Below are positions 10,416 through 23,828 of a stretch of 56,388 nucleotides of DNA, piece after piece. A model generated the notes under the pieces. The model was given only the letters and a program-made list of their open reading frames with translations. It ran no database searches and had not been told where the DNA came from. The stretch is from assembly GCA_022813865.1 (NCBI GenBank), contig JALDZX010000089.1:1-56388 (forward strand), given 5' to 3'. The DNA is from Xylographa opegraphella (lineage: Eukaryota). The stretch's first letter is position 1. The number at the start of each line of letters is the position of its first letter. Position numbers and translations under genes: made by a program.

Positions 10416-10962
10416 TTATGCGCCTTGCCGCTGTTTGTGTTTGGGGTTCTTCGAGCAAATGATGTAGACGTAGCCCTTGCGTCGAACGCTCTGTAAACAC
10501 AGTATTAGCATTGGCTATAAGTAAAAAGAGCCAAAACTTTTAGAGAACAAATATTATACGTCTAGCAATAAGGGCTGGGACGGTATAGAGAGCCAAGCCT
10601 GTACTTGTTCTACGCAGTAGATCACAAGCTGGGGCCATCCATACCACTCATAAGACCAGTAGCAGAGGCGGGCAATCACGAACCTTGCATCCATCACAGA
10701 GCTTCTTCACACTACTCCGCACTTTCATTCCCCTCAACTGTTCTAGGCTTCGTGCTCCGACTCTACCAGCCGTCACTTTCTTTCTCCAGCTTGCGATCGA
10801 CATTCTCGACGCTTGCCATGGAAAGATTGTCTGCCGTGGCGTTGATAAGAAAGTGCGAGTAGAAGGTAATTTGACGAGCCTTCGCGTCAAGAGGGAGCAT
10901 AGAGCTGTAGATAATTTGGCCACGACGAGTTGAGGGACAAAAGCCATTCGTTGCTGCAGCAT
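10416..10962 (-). CDS. RTC6: Mitochondrial ribosomal protein bL36m (2 exons)
   Basis: Exon 1 (10962-10684) ends ...[17 protein letters not shown]. After the intron 10683-10491 (GTTCGT..GCTAAT..CAG), exon 2 (10490-10416) encodes [24 protein letters not shown], completing the L36 zinc ribbon. Confidence 0.95.
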
Positions 10963-11343
10963 ATTGATACGACAGATACACGGGCCAATGTGTGTGGGAG
11001 TGTAAGAGATAATAATGTAAGATTTGATTCAATAGGAGTATAGGGTATCTAAACGTCGTCGTCGTAAGGTTAAAGCAGAAATGTTCCGTCGACTTGGCTT
11101 ATTGGAACGCATGTCTTCTACGTGCTGAAGCTTTTCCAAGCTTGCTCGCTTATGATGGACCACAAACCCCGTTGACGTGATTTGATTGGTCACATTCACC
11201 ACTACAAGTTAGAACAATTGGAGATAATACTGTAGTTTATAAGAATGTTCTTGCTGGTCGTTCATTTGAAGAGTCCCTCATACAATCATCATTCGAAAGA
11301 CATACCACACGGGCTCTCTCCCACCAAGAGAGTATTGGTTTCC

Positions 11344-13271
11344 CTAACCCATGCTACCCCCACTCGTATGGTTCTCTGATGCTAGTAGACCTGCCATTGC
11401 CAACAGAGCCCGATCTGCCTCAATGTCCTTTCCTAAGTTTATGTTTTTCCTCGCTAATGCTTCTCTCTCTTCGAAGGCCCACGCCGCCCGCTGCTTCTCG
11501 GCTTCCTCGTCGCCTCCACAACCCCAAACCTCGAGACTATCAATCTCAAATCGGTCCTGCCAGCTCTGGTTACGGACCTTGCTAGGATGGAATGAGCCCC
11601 CTCCGGAGATATCATGCGTGAATACCCCGTACTCAAGTGATTCGTCTAGAAATAGAGATACAGGGCCAAGAGAAACATGGGAAGAAAGCCCAGAAACCGG
11701 CTTAGCCCGAGCGGGTGGGTTACCAAACGCGATGCCGGATTTTGTCAGGGTTGCATAATCCCGGTTGATAGTGCTTGCATGAAAGACTTCGTGGATCGGT
11801 TCAAGCTGAAACAAAAGTGAATCACTGTCGCCAATAGCTTCTTTGTATGTCTGCTTCCATGGTACGTTCAAGTACACGCCATATACAACCTTGGTTGATT
11901 TGCTATTCCCCGATGCCCCATCCGGGTGCCGTTTTGGTGGAAGTTTATCCGCCAACGTACGTTGTCGTGAGTCACGGGGCACCACTGGTAGTCGCGTGCC
12001 GGAAATCAAAAGAATACTCGGAGCCCTCCAATTCAACACTTTCTGCTCGAAAGAACCGATGCTGAATCCGGCCTCGCCACCGGAATATAGAAGGCGGAGC
12101 CGGCGAAATAGATTGGTTCCCTTCATAAAGAACGAAAGCTGACTGAGGACATTAAGGTCAAGTATCTCACCCTCATGTTGTAGAAGAGGCTCAAACGGAG
12201 TATCGGGAGCGGTATGTGCAGTCGGTAGTAAAGTGGATGGACTTCCGGTAGATCTCCTTTGCCTGGACAGATCAATATTCTTACTGAACAAGAAATGCTC
12301 GAACCAGGGATTTAGGCCATCGAAGAGGTACGGTAAAGAAGCGGGAACGATTGTATTGAAGACATGATACGAGATTCCAGCATTTTCCTCTGGCAGGAAA
12401 GACCATAATATACTGTCTGCAACTCTTTTCAGCCCCTGTATCCTAGTTTCGGTGAGTCCTTCGGCATATCGAGTAAGCGGTTCCTGAGATTGGAGAGGTG
12501 CAAGTACAAGTAGCAGCATCAGTAGGCCACGAAAGTTGTCTATGGGAATTCGTGCACGATGAACCTTAGTGTCCGCGTTTTGGTTATTCTTGAAGACTTC
12601 AATTGCATCCAAAGACTCGAGAGCAGCAAGAGATAATTCATCATCGTCCTCTTCCTCATCGCTGGCTGGTTCGTCGATACCAAATCTAGTAGCGTGGCCG
12701 TGAGCTATTTCGTGTCCTTCTTCGGCAAGTATCTCGACCGGCTCTTTTGAGAGTTGCAGAGTATTTAATGCTGGCTTCCCGTGTACAGAGCTGGTTCTTC
12801 TATCAAACACAGCAAGACTTCTGAAGAAGAGCTTGTTCTTGTCTGCCCGTCCATTTTTAAGCACTTTGCCGTATCGTTCCGTCATAACCACAACCACGTT
12901 CAACATCGCTTCCCTCGTCAAAATACAAGGTGCCAGACTCGGGAAAGGGAAAGCTCCTAAGTATGTGGCCATCTGGTAGATGACCGGCCCAGGGCCGAGA
13001 GCATCCGGGATAACGAGGAAGCGGCACAAAGTCTCTTCCTTCCAAAACTGTATTCCATCTTGATTGTCCGCAAGGGTACGAAATACATCCTTGAAATGTG
13101 TGAGCTCAAGCGGTGTGAAGCATTTGGTGGCAAAGCGCTGGGCAAGCTCGTGACTTAAGTGCTCTTTTATGCGGACAGATTAGCACAGCTAGGCACATTT
13201 GATGGACAACACCATAGCAGACCTGTTGTCACGTTACGGGCAACATGTTCAGTAGATTGCTCTTGACCCAT
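11344..13271 (-). CDS. RTC5: TLDc-domain protein RTC5 (MEAK7-like)
   Basis: The N-terminal exon starts MGQEQS (myristoylation-type Gly2/Ser6) at 13271. The C-terminal TLDc domain shows LLYSGGEAGFSIGSFEQKVLNWRAPSILLISG, LFQLEPIHEVF and FEIDSLEVWGCG...WAFEEREA. Confidence 0.9.
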
Positions 13272-14273
13272 ATCTAGCGGTCATGCCGAGATTGTGTCCC
13301 CAGTATGACTGCCGTTGGCTTGACAAGCGGCAAAGTCAAGGGTTGAAGGCATGCTGTGGGCATTTGTGCCACAAACTCAAGCTGGAGGATGCATTGCTGA
13401 CGGCTATTGGCATTCCAATCACGAGGAGCATCAGCTATTGGGTGATTCCTAGGACATGGAAATCTTTTACAACGATGTTTGTCACGTAAGTCCAGTGTAA
13501 ATCAATACAAAGTATTTTTACACTATTGAATAGCCTGGATATAGAACAAATTGTTCCGCTTTCACCATCCTAGACTAGAATACATTCACATAGTAGATCA
13601 CATCACATATCCTATACCATCGAACATCTTGGTCTTCATGTCTTCTGTTTTCACTCATTGTCGGTACCAGTGACATTCATTAGGGCTCATCACACATCTG
13701 CAACTGTGCTCAACAAATATTTTTCATCTTGTGGGCCATGTTTAACATGAGATAGACGAGTAACACCAACTGAATTCTCTTGAATCCAGTTCGATAGATT
13801 CGGCTTCTCCAAAGCTCAACCAGACGTGGAGGTAAATTTTTTTTCCCATCTGCTCGGAGGTGGAGATGGTCGAGCAGAAAATCTACATTCTCTATGGGAT
13901 AAAACCATGGCTGTCTCGTACTACCTGGAGCTTATTCTGACAGCTCGAAGCACACACTTCTCGTAGGTTTCATCGACATCCACAAATCGTGTTAAGTCAT
14001 TTTGCTTGTCACAGCTTAGCATCTTCGTTCCGAGAACTTGAGCCAATTAGGCACTTTATCTGACTGTTGTTAATGAAGAACGGCACGATAGCATATGCAA
14101 GTATGAACAACAGGGAATATCTCGTACGAGCAAGACGTGAAAATTCTCGATCCTCTTGAGCAATAGTAAGAGCGAGGAACAGCTCCTTCGATGTTCTCAA
14201 CAAGCGAATTGTTTTATCCATATTCTATTCCATGTCTCAACCAAAGCTTTCACAGCATGAAGCAGATAAAATC

Positions 14274-15268
14274 TTATTGCGTCCGATTTACTACGAACTG
14301 AATGATTCTCGCATCCTTCCCAAGGTACGCAGTCTCTTGCGGATTCCAACCTATTTCTTCCCACGTCTTCAGCTGAGCCTCGCTCACCCATACCATTCCT
14401 GTATCCTCACTCACCTGACTCCACATCCTCTGGAAAGTTCCCGGATTGTGCCAGTAACAGTCTGACTTCGCAAGGCCTGCCGCCTTGATAAGATTCTCTC
14501 CTACAGTACCGACTTGAAATCCTACAACCATGCCACCCGGACGCAACAGTGCACTCAACTGCTTCGCAGCTGCGACTTGGTCACCCCATCCCCATTGGTG
14601 GAAAACATGAGTAATAGAAATGATATCGATCGAAGAATGTAATCCTTGCAGCGCTTCGTTGGGATGAAGAATATCCCCTTCCATAAAGTGAGCAGCGAAT
14701 TGCCCACGGTCACGAAACATGTCATAGCCAACGTCCCAGTGGCTGACAATATCCAGGCCATATAGGCATTCCGAAGGGGCGCCGTCAAAGACAAGCCGCC
14801 GTAAATCCTGGCCGAGAAAGCATCCGACATCGAGTAAGGAGTCTCCGCTTTGGAGACGCTTGATGATGATTCCGTAAGCGGGACACTTGGGAATCATGGG
14901 ATCCAGGAAATTCCCCAGTCCAGTGCATGGATAGGAACGGATAGCCCAGGCTTTATCGCGCTACATCAGAGGGTGAGCTCCATTGCATGTCACAGGGATA
15001 GTTTACATTATGAACCCACTATATCTCTGACGTGCTGCAGAACATCACCGGCTGGAACCTTGCTGTATTTTTCAAGAAGATCACGTGTCTTTGTAAGGGT
15101 ATTAGCTCTTGGTCGCATCAAATGATTACAGAGAAAAAAAATGCATATTACCTGGGGAGTCACTTTGTGGTCGATGCTGGCGAGATACCAGGGCACGTTC
15201 TTGGTCTCCCTATACCTCTTCGACCAATCCGGATCTGACGCTTTCGATATACCGTTGTCGGCTGACAT
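14274..15268 (-). CDS. Class I SAM-dependent methyltransferase (fungal AusD-like type), 3 exons
   Basis: Contains the SAM-binding motif LLDVGCFLGQDLRRLVFDGAP, plus DIISITHVFHQW and LLRPGG. The N-terminal exons (RDLLEKYSKVP..VLQHV..I) are typical of this family. Confidence 0.85.
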
Positions 15269-17602
15269 TGTACACGAAGATGTATAGAATTAAGTGAGAT
15301 ACTGTGCACGAAGGCTCCATCCACTGGTAACCAGAATGAATAGGGAACTTGAAGACCGAAGGGACTAGAAGCGACTGTAAGTCATTAAGAACTCCTTCGT
15401 TTCGGTCGTCTCCTGGGAATGATATGACAATGCCCGCACAACCGATCCAACGATATCGTATTCGATGACCCGCTGCATGTTTCACCATCGGGTCGCTGCA
15501 ATATTATGGCGTTATATACGACTTCTAAGGCCCTTAATCAGCGCCGTCAGTAATCAGGCCTGTTCGGTTGATTAATGTGCCGTGCCGTTCTCATAGGGGC
15601 TACAGCCTGACAGCCCATTTACTACCTTCGCAGCCAGAAAACACCATGTAGAACAAGCAATGGATTTTCATGCGCGAAGATTATCTTCTCAATGCAACGA
15701 TCAATGATTGGCTGTCCTAACTTAGAACCTCTTGAGGCATCCACAGGCCATTCCACGTCGGTCCGATCAAGTATTGCTACTAAAATTCCATCTATCATGT
15801 GCCTTTTGTCAACCTTGGGTATTAAACCGTCACAACTGCATCAACTCATTGAGATAGGAGTCTTTTCTTTCCATTTTTGGAACTCTGTCTGATGATAGTC
15901 TCAGCTATAGATCAACTGCTTTAGCTGCAAATCACATCGCTTTAAAGCGCTTCGCCAGTTCCAGAATAATGCTGCTCAGTTTCTCCGGTGCCGCAAACCG
16001 CGGGCAATATCCGGTCCCGATACCATTTGTGCCCACTCCTGTCCCGCTACTTGAAGAATGAAGTTCTGGAGCTCATAAGGGATGGATGAGTCGTTGCGGG
16101 TACGGATGTAGGCGCAACGACCTTTGGAAGCCTCCGCATCTCAACTGGCTGCCGGACATGAACTCTTGAATGCAACCAAGCCGTGGCTAATGCACGAGAG
16201 GGCCGCAGCACTTGCCAGAACCGGCGATACGCGTTGAAACGAAACCGGGATCCGATCGGCGCATCTGATCAGATTCTCCGCTCCCTACACCCTGAATCAG
16301 CACTCTCAATTCCAGATTGAGAGCGACATCAAGCACACGACGGCTTCAGCGCGGCCAAAACCATATGGACAAGTGACGTACATCGACCTGAAGGTGGGGA
16401 GGCATTTGCCACTCAAACGTCGCGATAACATCCTTTCCATCTCCTCCTCGTGGCAACATCGAAGCCGTAAAGATTTGGCCGACAACAGATGTCTTCTTGC
16501 TTTCCGCTGCACAATCGGCTTTCTCCAAGCCTCGGGCGCCGTAGTAGGAGTGGGAGATCATGCTCACATCATGCTTCTCGAGAACCCAAACAGGAAGAAG
16601 ACAAGGTGCAGCTCGAGGCAATGGAAGTGGAGTTATCCGGGTCGGCAGGAAGGCGAAAAAACACTTAACCACACCAAGGAAGTGGCCAGCAGAGGCCTCC
16701 GTTTACACGGGTTTCGTGCAGAATCACTAAATTACCCCTGCTAATGATTATTTATTTGAAGAATAGTTCAAAAATGTAACGATTCAGTACTGTTCATACA
16801 CAACTTGCTGGATAGCGTGCACTCTAATCTCAGTCTCTTTCTTTCGGTGCTGCAAGGTTGGACTGCTATTGTGCCTCATCTTGTATCAAAGTTTTGTTCT
16901 CTCCCCTCTTCCAGAACTAACTTGGATATCTGCTTCAAGATGAAGCTTGAATTTCAACTGCCAATCGCCTTGACATCAGGATCGTCATATGTCCCTATAC
17001 GATCATATCGAGCTTGAGCGTGTTACAGATCACAGTCCAAAACAATTGCAAGGTAGCCCCGGAATTGAAGCGTCGGTCATAAATGCCAAAGATGTTGCGC
17101 TAATATGAGCTCACGCGGGTATTGAGACCAGATGCATTGCATTCGGTCCGTAAGGAAGGAAATGAACAGTTTTAATTCTGCAAATTCTTGGCATAGATAA
17201 TTCACCCCAGTGCACGATTGGATTCCAGTTTCCACTTCACTCAACTGCATTGCTCTCGAAAAACGAGAACTTGAAAATTCACTTCAAATAGTTTCAGCAG
17301 AATCTGACCCCAATGACTGAATCATACTGGGCCCGGGTCGTTCTTATAGTACAGTGTCCCTCTTCAAACCATCTAAGCCTGGAGCCCCATTCCTAGAATC
17401 CTGTCGGAGGTTCGTTGTGGTCTTACTAAGTTCGCCTTGTAAATCTCTCCACTTCCAACTTTCGATTCTTGGCAGATGTCTCTGAAGATACTGGCACATA
17501 TGCATCAGGCCAAATCTTCAAGTATCAATTTTCAAGAATCCGAGGATTGGATGCACCACACAGTTTTTGTGTTTTGTCTGATCGATCAAGTCGTTCTGAT
17601 CT

Positions 17603-18565
17603 TCAATCACTGGCCCGATACCTCTTCCTGTAGTCTTCTAACCTCTCTATATCTCCCTCATTTCCTTTGACCCTCAATACTGCAATAAGATCGTCTAAGG
17701 TCACAATACTCGTCGTCGGTAGGCCATATTCCCCTTGGATCTGCCCCATTGCGCTCATTCTCGGCTCTCCATCATCCACACCCCCCTCCTTTTCTCTTTG
17801 CCCAGGCATTTTCTCCCCTCGATCTAGCGCAACAACAAATCCGACAATCTTGCCGCCCTCCTTGGCCACTAGATTTATTGTATCCCTCATAGCAGTGCCT
17901 GCTGTGATCACATCATCTATCACCAATACGTTCTTTCCTTTTAACGAGGCACCGACGAGGCCTCCACCTTCGCCATAATCTTTGACTTCTTTACGATTAA
18001 AGCTGTAAGAGACTGACGACCAGGTCTGAGAATCCAGGCGGTGGAGTTCGAGCAGCGTTGAGCAAGCAAGGGGAATTCCTTTGTAAGCCGGGCTTGAAAT
18101 CTTCCAGTCAGCTATGCCTCTGGAATTTGAAGCGTTGGGGAATTTAGCAATATCTAAGGAGTAGCAGACTTTCTGCTCCAAGCAAAAATATTCCCAGATC
18201 ATGCAGTGCGCGAGGACTCTTACCCGAAGATAACATCTGGTTTTGGAATGGAGGGATGCGAAGCAAGGAAAGAGATGATTGTATGAGCGTAGGCGGTGGA
18301 GATGGCGGAGAGGAGCGGGGCGGTATGGAAGGAGCCAGCGTTGAAGAAGTAGGGGGATTCTGCCGGGTGAATGGTATCAGCAGTTGATCTTTAATTGCGA
18401 GAACCGGGAAGCAAGCTGGGAGCTGTGGAAACCGGAATACGTACTTCGGCCGGATTTGAGTGTGTAGGTACCAAAGGTGAGAACATTGGCGGAAAGGCAG
18501 GATTGTAGGAACACCGTTTTGTAGGCGGGAATAGCGGAGGGGGTGTGCTGCGTCAAAATGGCCAT
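17603..18565 (-). CDS. URA5: Orotate phosphoribosyltransferase (3 exons)
   Basis: Contains [40 protein letters not shown] and the PRPP-binding motif [13 protein letters not shown]. Confidence 0.97.
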
Positions 18566-19114
18566 GCTGGAGACTTCGGTGAGACTCCAAGTGCAATAAG
18601 TATGGTAATATTAAGCAAAATTCGTGTTTTGAATGCGAAGTGTCTTTGTTCACAATGGTAGAATTCAACTAGTGCGGGGCAGCAAGACGCGCGGCAAGCA
18701 GCGGAAGATTTGTTAAGCGAAGATAAATCGCCCATCCCTAACGTATCCACCTGCCCTTATTCTGACAGGTTCAAAAATCCACAGTTATAGTGATTTGTCA
18801 GGCGTAGTGTAGCATTGAAACCGTCTTCGAGGTGAACTTTCCCTCGTTATTATGTGAACATTCAGCTATTGTTCACACATACCCATTAAGTCTTTAGACC
18901 AGCGCAATGATCCTTTCCTGATCAAAATTGATAGGGGAGAGATATGCGTATTCTTGCTACAACCGCTTGAAACGAACCGGCAACGGAAACTGATGTAAAT
19001 AACGTATATTCATGCGTGATCGCTAAAGTCGCTAGAAGTGCTGGCAGATCTGCAAAAGCAAGATGTTGAGTCATACATTCGACGTATTGGAATAGTTGAG
19101 ACAGGAAGAAAACT

Positions 19115-21330
19115 TCACTGTATTCGTTTCTTGCCTTCCTCAAGCGCAGTGACCCTCGCCGTACTTGCGCCACGCTCGTGTCTTGTGACAAGTTGACCAA
19201 GCAATGCATCATTTCGAACGCTGCCCAAAGCTTCCTGATAACCATCCGTTGCCCAACGAGGTGTATTCAGCTTCGGCCAATTCACCTGCGTCAATTGTTA
19301 ACACAGTTGGCGCGAAAGCTCTATCACAATACTTACGTAGAGCATTCCATGCGAGTAGATGAAGTGCCAAGACCATACACCTACTACGCACCAAAAGACC
19401 ATGAAAACTCTGAGGGGCCAGAAAGTTGAGTTCGGAAGCTGACGCGTCAGACTAGCAATGAGAACCATGAAGCAACTTGTAGCAAGCAGGTAGGGAACCG
19501 CCTGGATGAAGGCTGGACGACGATCGGCAAATAGAGGCGAGCCACCTATATAATTCGAGGGTTGGTAAGCACCAAGGAAAACATCGAAACCATCCTGCCG
19601 AGGTCCATCCGCGAAATTGTTGCGTACGTAACGTGTGATAGAGTTGTTCAAATCTTGCAATGCACCGGCTCTTGTCCGCTGACCTGTTCTTGTGAAGTCA
19701 GTTTTGAGGGCACCGGTACCTGAATAAGACTTCGAAACAACATCTGCGTTGTCAGCCCAAACATTCCGGAAAAGATCTCTAAAAGCCTCGTCGTCATCCT
19801 GAGACTCTCCGGAACCTAGAATGCCGACATCGGTTAATTGTCGCGTCAAAGTGAAGCGACCGAGCATTGTCTGGACTACGTTGGTTCGATCCAGGCAATC
19901 CATACAGTTTGTTCTGACAACCGCAGTCTGCTGGTATCGGACTTCAAGCTGTCCTTGCGTATCCCCGGGCATGTCCACGGCGCGGAAATAGCCACCCTCA
20001 ATAAGCCCTTGCTTCAACTGGTCAAGAAGTATTTGAGCACGGTGCCACTTTAAGCCCTTTGTTTCGTTATGGAAATCAAAGTAGATATAGTGTAGCCGAT
20101 CAAACTCTTGCTTCCGATCTCCAGCCTGCATGACGCGTAACTTTTCAGAAGAATACTCATCGGACTTGCTGGATTCCGTGGCGGAAGAGACTAGTAGTCG
20201 CACCATTTGCTCATATGCCATTTTGACTTTATCTTCTCGGCCTTTTTGGTTCACCAAATTGACCAGATAATTTTCACCATATAGCCGTATCTGCTCATCG
20301 AAATGCTTTCGTGCTGCACTGAGAGCAGTCTCCACGGCACGGACCTGAAGATTCGGAACATACCGCAGAGTGTTTATTTCTGCCCAATATACTGGAACGC
20401 TCCCTCTTGTCTGAACATAAGCCATGATTTGTAACTCCTGCCCGTGAGCTCCGACTTTGCCATTCAGCATTCCTCCCCCACCAGCAAAGCCGCCCAGGCC
20501 GTCATTGTTGTCGTTAAGTATTACAATCTGTTCGGACTCATTGAAATTCGACACATGCCCGTCCTCGTCAATACCCCTGGAAAAGTAACGTGTTCCAGCC
20601 CTGTATCGTGACCTTCGTGTTATGAGTGTGAATGTTATAGGTGTCGACTTGATTTTCGTGTTCGTGATCCTCATCATGCCGAACATAACGGGAAGTATGA
20701 ATGCATCAGCACCAGCTTGTTCTCGACCTTGTTGCCGATAGCCTGCACTCGTCCCCGCACCTGTTCGGAAGTCTATCAGGTCAGATTGTATGAAGCGATT
20801 CCAGAAGAAGCGGTCGTCTGCTCTTTTCCATAGAGGTGCTGTCAAGTCAGATTTGGCCTGTCGTTGAAATGTATTGGTGATGTCGAATGAGTATGAAAAA
20901 TACAATGGACCCGTCTTTAGGAGGTTCTTGACAAGACCATAGTAGGTGTCTTCGTCTGGATCGTGAAGCGGACGTTCTCGCAGTGGAAGTAACTCAGTAG
21001 CAATAACTTTATATACCATGTGACCTTTAAGCCGCCCCATTGGCTGAGCCTTCGTTATCACAATGATGTACTTGTCTGTGGAATGTCAGGATTACAACGG
21101 AATCTATGGCTTGCCCACCACTCACCAAGCTTCAATTTGATAATGCCAAGAATGCCTGCAATACTTGATACACGCTTGCTACCGAGCAGAGGCCCATCAT
21201 TCAATCTCAAGTCGCCTGAGGGTCTTTCGACAACTAAAGTAGGTGCCGATGGGGTTGATGGAGAGGTGAAGGCATACTGAGAAGCTGAAGCATGGACATT
21301 GATGTCCCTGAATGGAAGTAGGCCTGTCAT
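19115..21330 (-). CDS. SAC1: SAC1 phosphoinositide phosphatase (3 exons)
   Basis: SAC domain motifs are YFSYSFDITN, RFFWN, ITRRSRYRAGTRYFSRGID and QTRGSVP, with the catalytic VRTNCMDCLDRTNVVQ (CX5R). Two C-terminal TM helices follow, and the last exon VNWPKL...KKRIQ* ends at 19115. Confidence 0.97.
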
Positions 21331-21575
21331 TCTGCCTTATGGTCGCCGCGCTGAAATTTCTAATCCATATTAAGCTGGATGCAGGAGGCCTGCTTCTGCA
21401 CAGATGGCGATTCGTGTTGTTGGTACGTATCCGTCAAGAAGCGTGTTCGAGAAGCGCGGAAAGAGCTGCGGCGCCTATGAGCCCAAGCGCTTGTTTGCTG
21501 CAGGAACCAATATTTAAGCGCTATCGTGTCGACCTGCAAGGGCCTGGTCCAATAGGTAGCTCAGATGCCACAATA

Positions 21576-23300
21576 ATGTCGCAAGCGTCTAAGATCACAG
21601 ACCCGGCGGTTGACGAAGAGATTGTCGGTGAAGTCGTCGCTGCAGTAGCAAATGGAAAGAATCCTGTTGTGGAGGATGAGTCCGATGAGGAAGGGCTCAA
21701 GGATCCTGCAGATGAGGATGCGCTCGCGGCAACTTCCAAATCGAAAAAGAAAAAGTCTAAGAAGTCTCGGATGAAGAAGGCCCTTGGGATCAAGGAATCA
21801 GAAGGAGGACCAAGTGGGTCCTCCAATCCAGCAAACAAGCTTACGGCCGAAATGGTGGAACAGCTGCTCGAGATGAACCCTTCCTTGAAAGGTGAGGTTG
21901 CTGGTATGGGCAAAGAAAAGGCAGCTGAGATGCTCAAAACACTCGACGTTGCTGATTTACTAACTGGTATGTCCGTAAGTGGCAAAAACCAGAAAGATAT
22001 GGCTTCATACAAATTCTGGCAGACTCAACCTGTCCCTCGCTTTGACGAGGTTAAAAAGGTTGAAGAAGGCCCTATCAAGATCATTGATCCAGAACAAGTG
22101 TCCAAAGAACCTAGAGCGCTACCTGAATTGTATGAGTGGGTGACAATGGACCTTAATGACGAGAAGGAACTGCATGAAGTCCATGAGCTTCTCTCAGGCC
22201 ATTACGTTGAAGATGACCACGCAACCTTTCGCCTAACATACTCTGTATCATTCTTGGACTGGGCTCTGAAATCTCCTGGCTGGCGAAAGGAATGGCATAT
22301 AGGTGTACGAGTCAGCAAGTCAAAAAAGCTTGTGGCTTTCATCTCCGGGGTTCCAATTGACCTTCGAGTGAGATCTAGAGTACTCAAAAGTACGGAGATC
22401 AACTTTCTTTGCGTCCACAAGAAGCTTAGATCGAAGAGATTGGCACCAGTACTCATTGAGGAGGTCACTCGACGTTGCTACTTATTGGGGGTTTATCAAG
22501 CTATCTACACCGGCGGCATAGTGCTTCCAAAACCCGTAAGCTCGTGTCGATATCTGCATCGATCTCTCGACTGGTTAAAACTCTACGAAGTTGGGTTCTC
22601 ACCACTTCCACCAAATTCCACAAAGTTCCGTCAGATCACTCGGAACCATCTTCCCAGTGCGACGTCGGTTGTAGGGCTACGTCCGATGCAGAAGAAAGAT
22701 GTTGGACAGGTGAAGCGGCTGCTAGAGAAATACTTGAAGAGGTTCGCAATGGCTCCGGAGTACTCGGAAGATGAAGTGGAGCACTGGCTGGTCCACGACG
22801 AAACCACTACAGCAGATCAGGTCATCTGGACATATGTTGTCGAGGACCATAACACTCACAAGATTACAGACTTCTTCTCTTTCTATGTCTTAGAGTCTGC
22901 TATTATTGGCAATCCTAAGTATAGTACTATAAGAGCTGCGTATCTGTTTTATTACGCCACAGAAGCAGCTTTTGATAAAGATGAAAAAGTTTTGAAAGAT
23001 CGGTTAAATGCTCTCATGCTAGATGCTTTGACACTCGCGAAAAGAGTACGTCTCCGCTGAAAGTCCCGTCAAATATCTTTCTGGCTGACATGTGCTTTCA
23101 AGTTCAATTTCGACGTGTTCAACGCACTCACCCTGCTGGACAACCCGCTGTTCCTTGAATCACAAAAATTCGGACTGGGAGACGGGCAACTCCATTTCTA
23201 TCTATATAATTACCGAACTATGCCAATTCCGGGCGGTCTTGACGCCAAAAACAACGTTGATGCTACGAAACGAGGTGGAATAGGTGTGGTTATGCTTTGA
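21576..23300 (+). CDS. NMT1: Glycylpeptide N-tetradecanoyltransferase (N-myristoyltransferase)
   Basis: Contains [60 protein letters not shown] and the terminal GVVML. There is one intron at about 23047-23102. The likely ATG is 21576 (MSQASK). Confidence 0.97.
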
Positions 23301-23828
23301 GGATATCTTGAACAGCATAAGCCATGAATGTATGAAATGCAGGTTCAGTGTAAGAAGATACGATTGTTTGTCTCGGGCTGAGCAATGTCATCCAAGCCAT
23401 TTGAGCGTCCAGAATGTATTTACCATCATATTAATCTTTGACCATCACGGACCCAATTCCAATCATGTAACTGCTCCTGATACTCTTGTCCTCCCGGCTC
23501 ATGTTTACTTTCCAAGATCCAAGCCATCCTCCACTCCAACCATGGAGCGGTTTCTGAAATCTTATAACTTACTATCCCAAGGCACAGCGATTCTCAACTT
23601 GCAAGTAGGTATACATTCAGCCTAGCTAGCCAAGATCAAATGAATTATGAACTGACGCCACGCTCGTGTTGCGATTGGGGTCGTAAGTCCGACTGAATCC
23701 CGAATCTAGGCTTAAATAGGAATATTCACGTCCGGTGCGGAATTAGCAGGGATCTCATAAGGCTGAAAAAGTCCATTTCCTCGTCGAATAGGTAATGTGA
23801 ACTTTCTGTTCCCCCTCCAAGATCGAGC

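Noticed and set aside
10416..13271. Adjacent RTC5 and RTC6 plus a TPP1-like gene as a 'telomere cluster'
   Set aside because: The RTC names come from a yeast genetic screen. The proteins (TLDc protein and mitoribosomal bL36) are functionally unrelated.
14274..15268. Methyltransferase as a sign of a secondary-metabolite cluster
   Set aside because: No PKS, NRPS, terpene synthase or tailoring genes lie nearby; its neighbours are housekeeping genes.
15900..17100. Fragmentary ORFs and splice-like signals suggesting a decayed gene
   Set aside because: No frame gave a recognisable family and stops are frequent, so no call can be supported.
18094..18222. Longer second intron of URA5 as a possible C/D snoRNA host
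   Set aside because: The box C match is poor, and the only CTGA near the 3' end is the branch site.
21312..21575. N-terminal extension of the NMT1 ORF in the track
   Set aside because: It overlaps the SAC1 start and promoter and is not NMT-like; ATG 21576 is the more plausible start.
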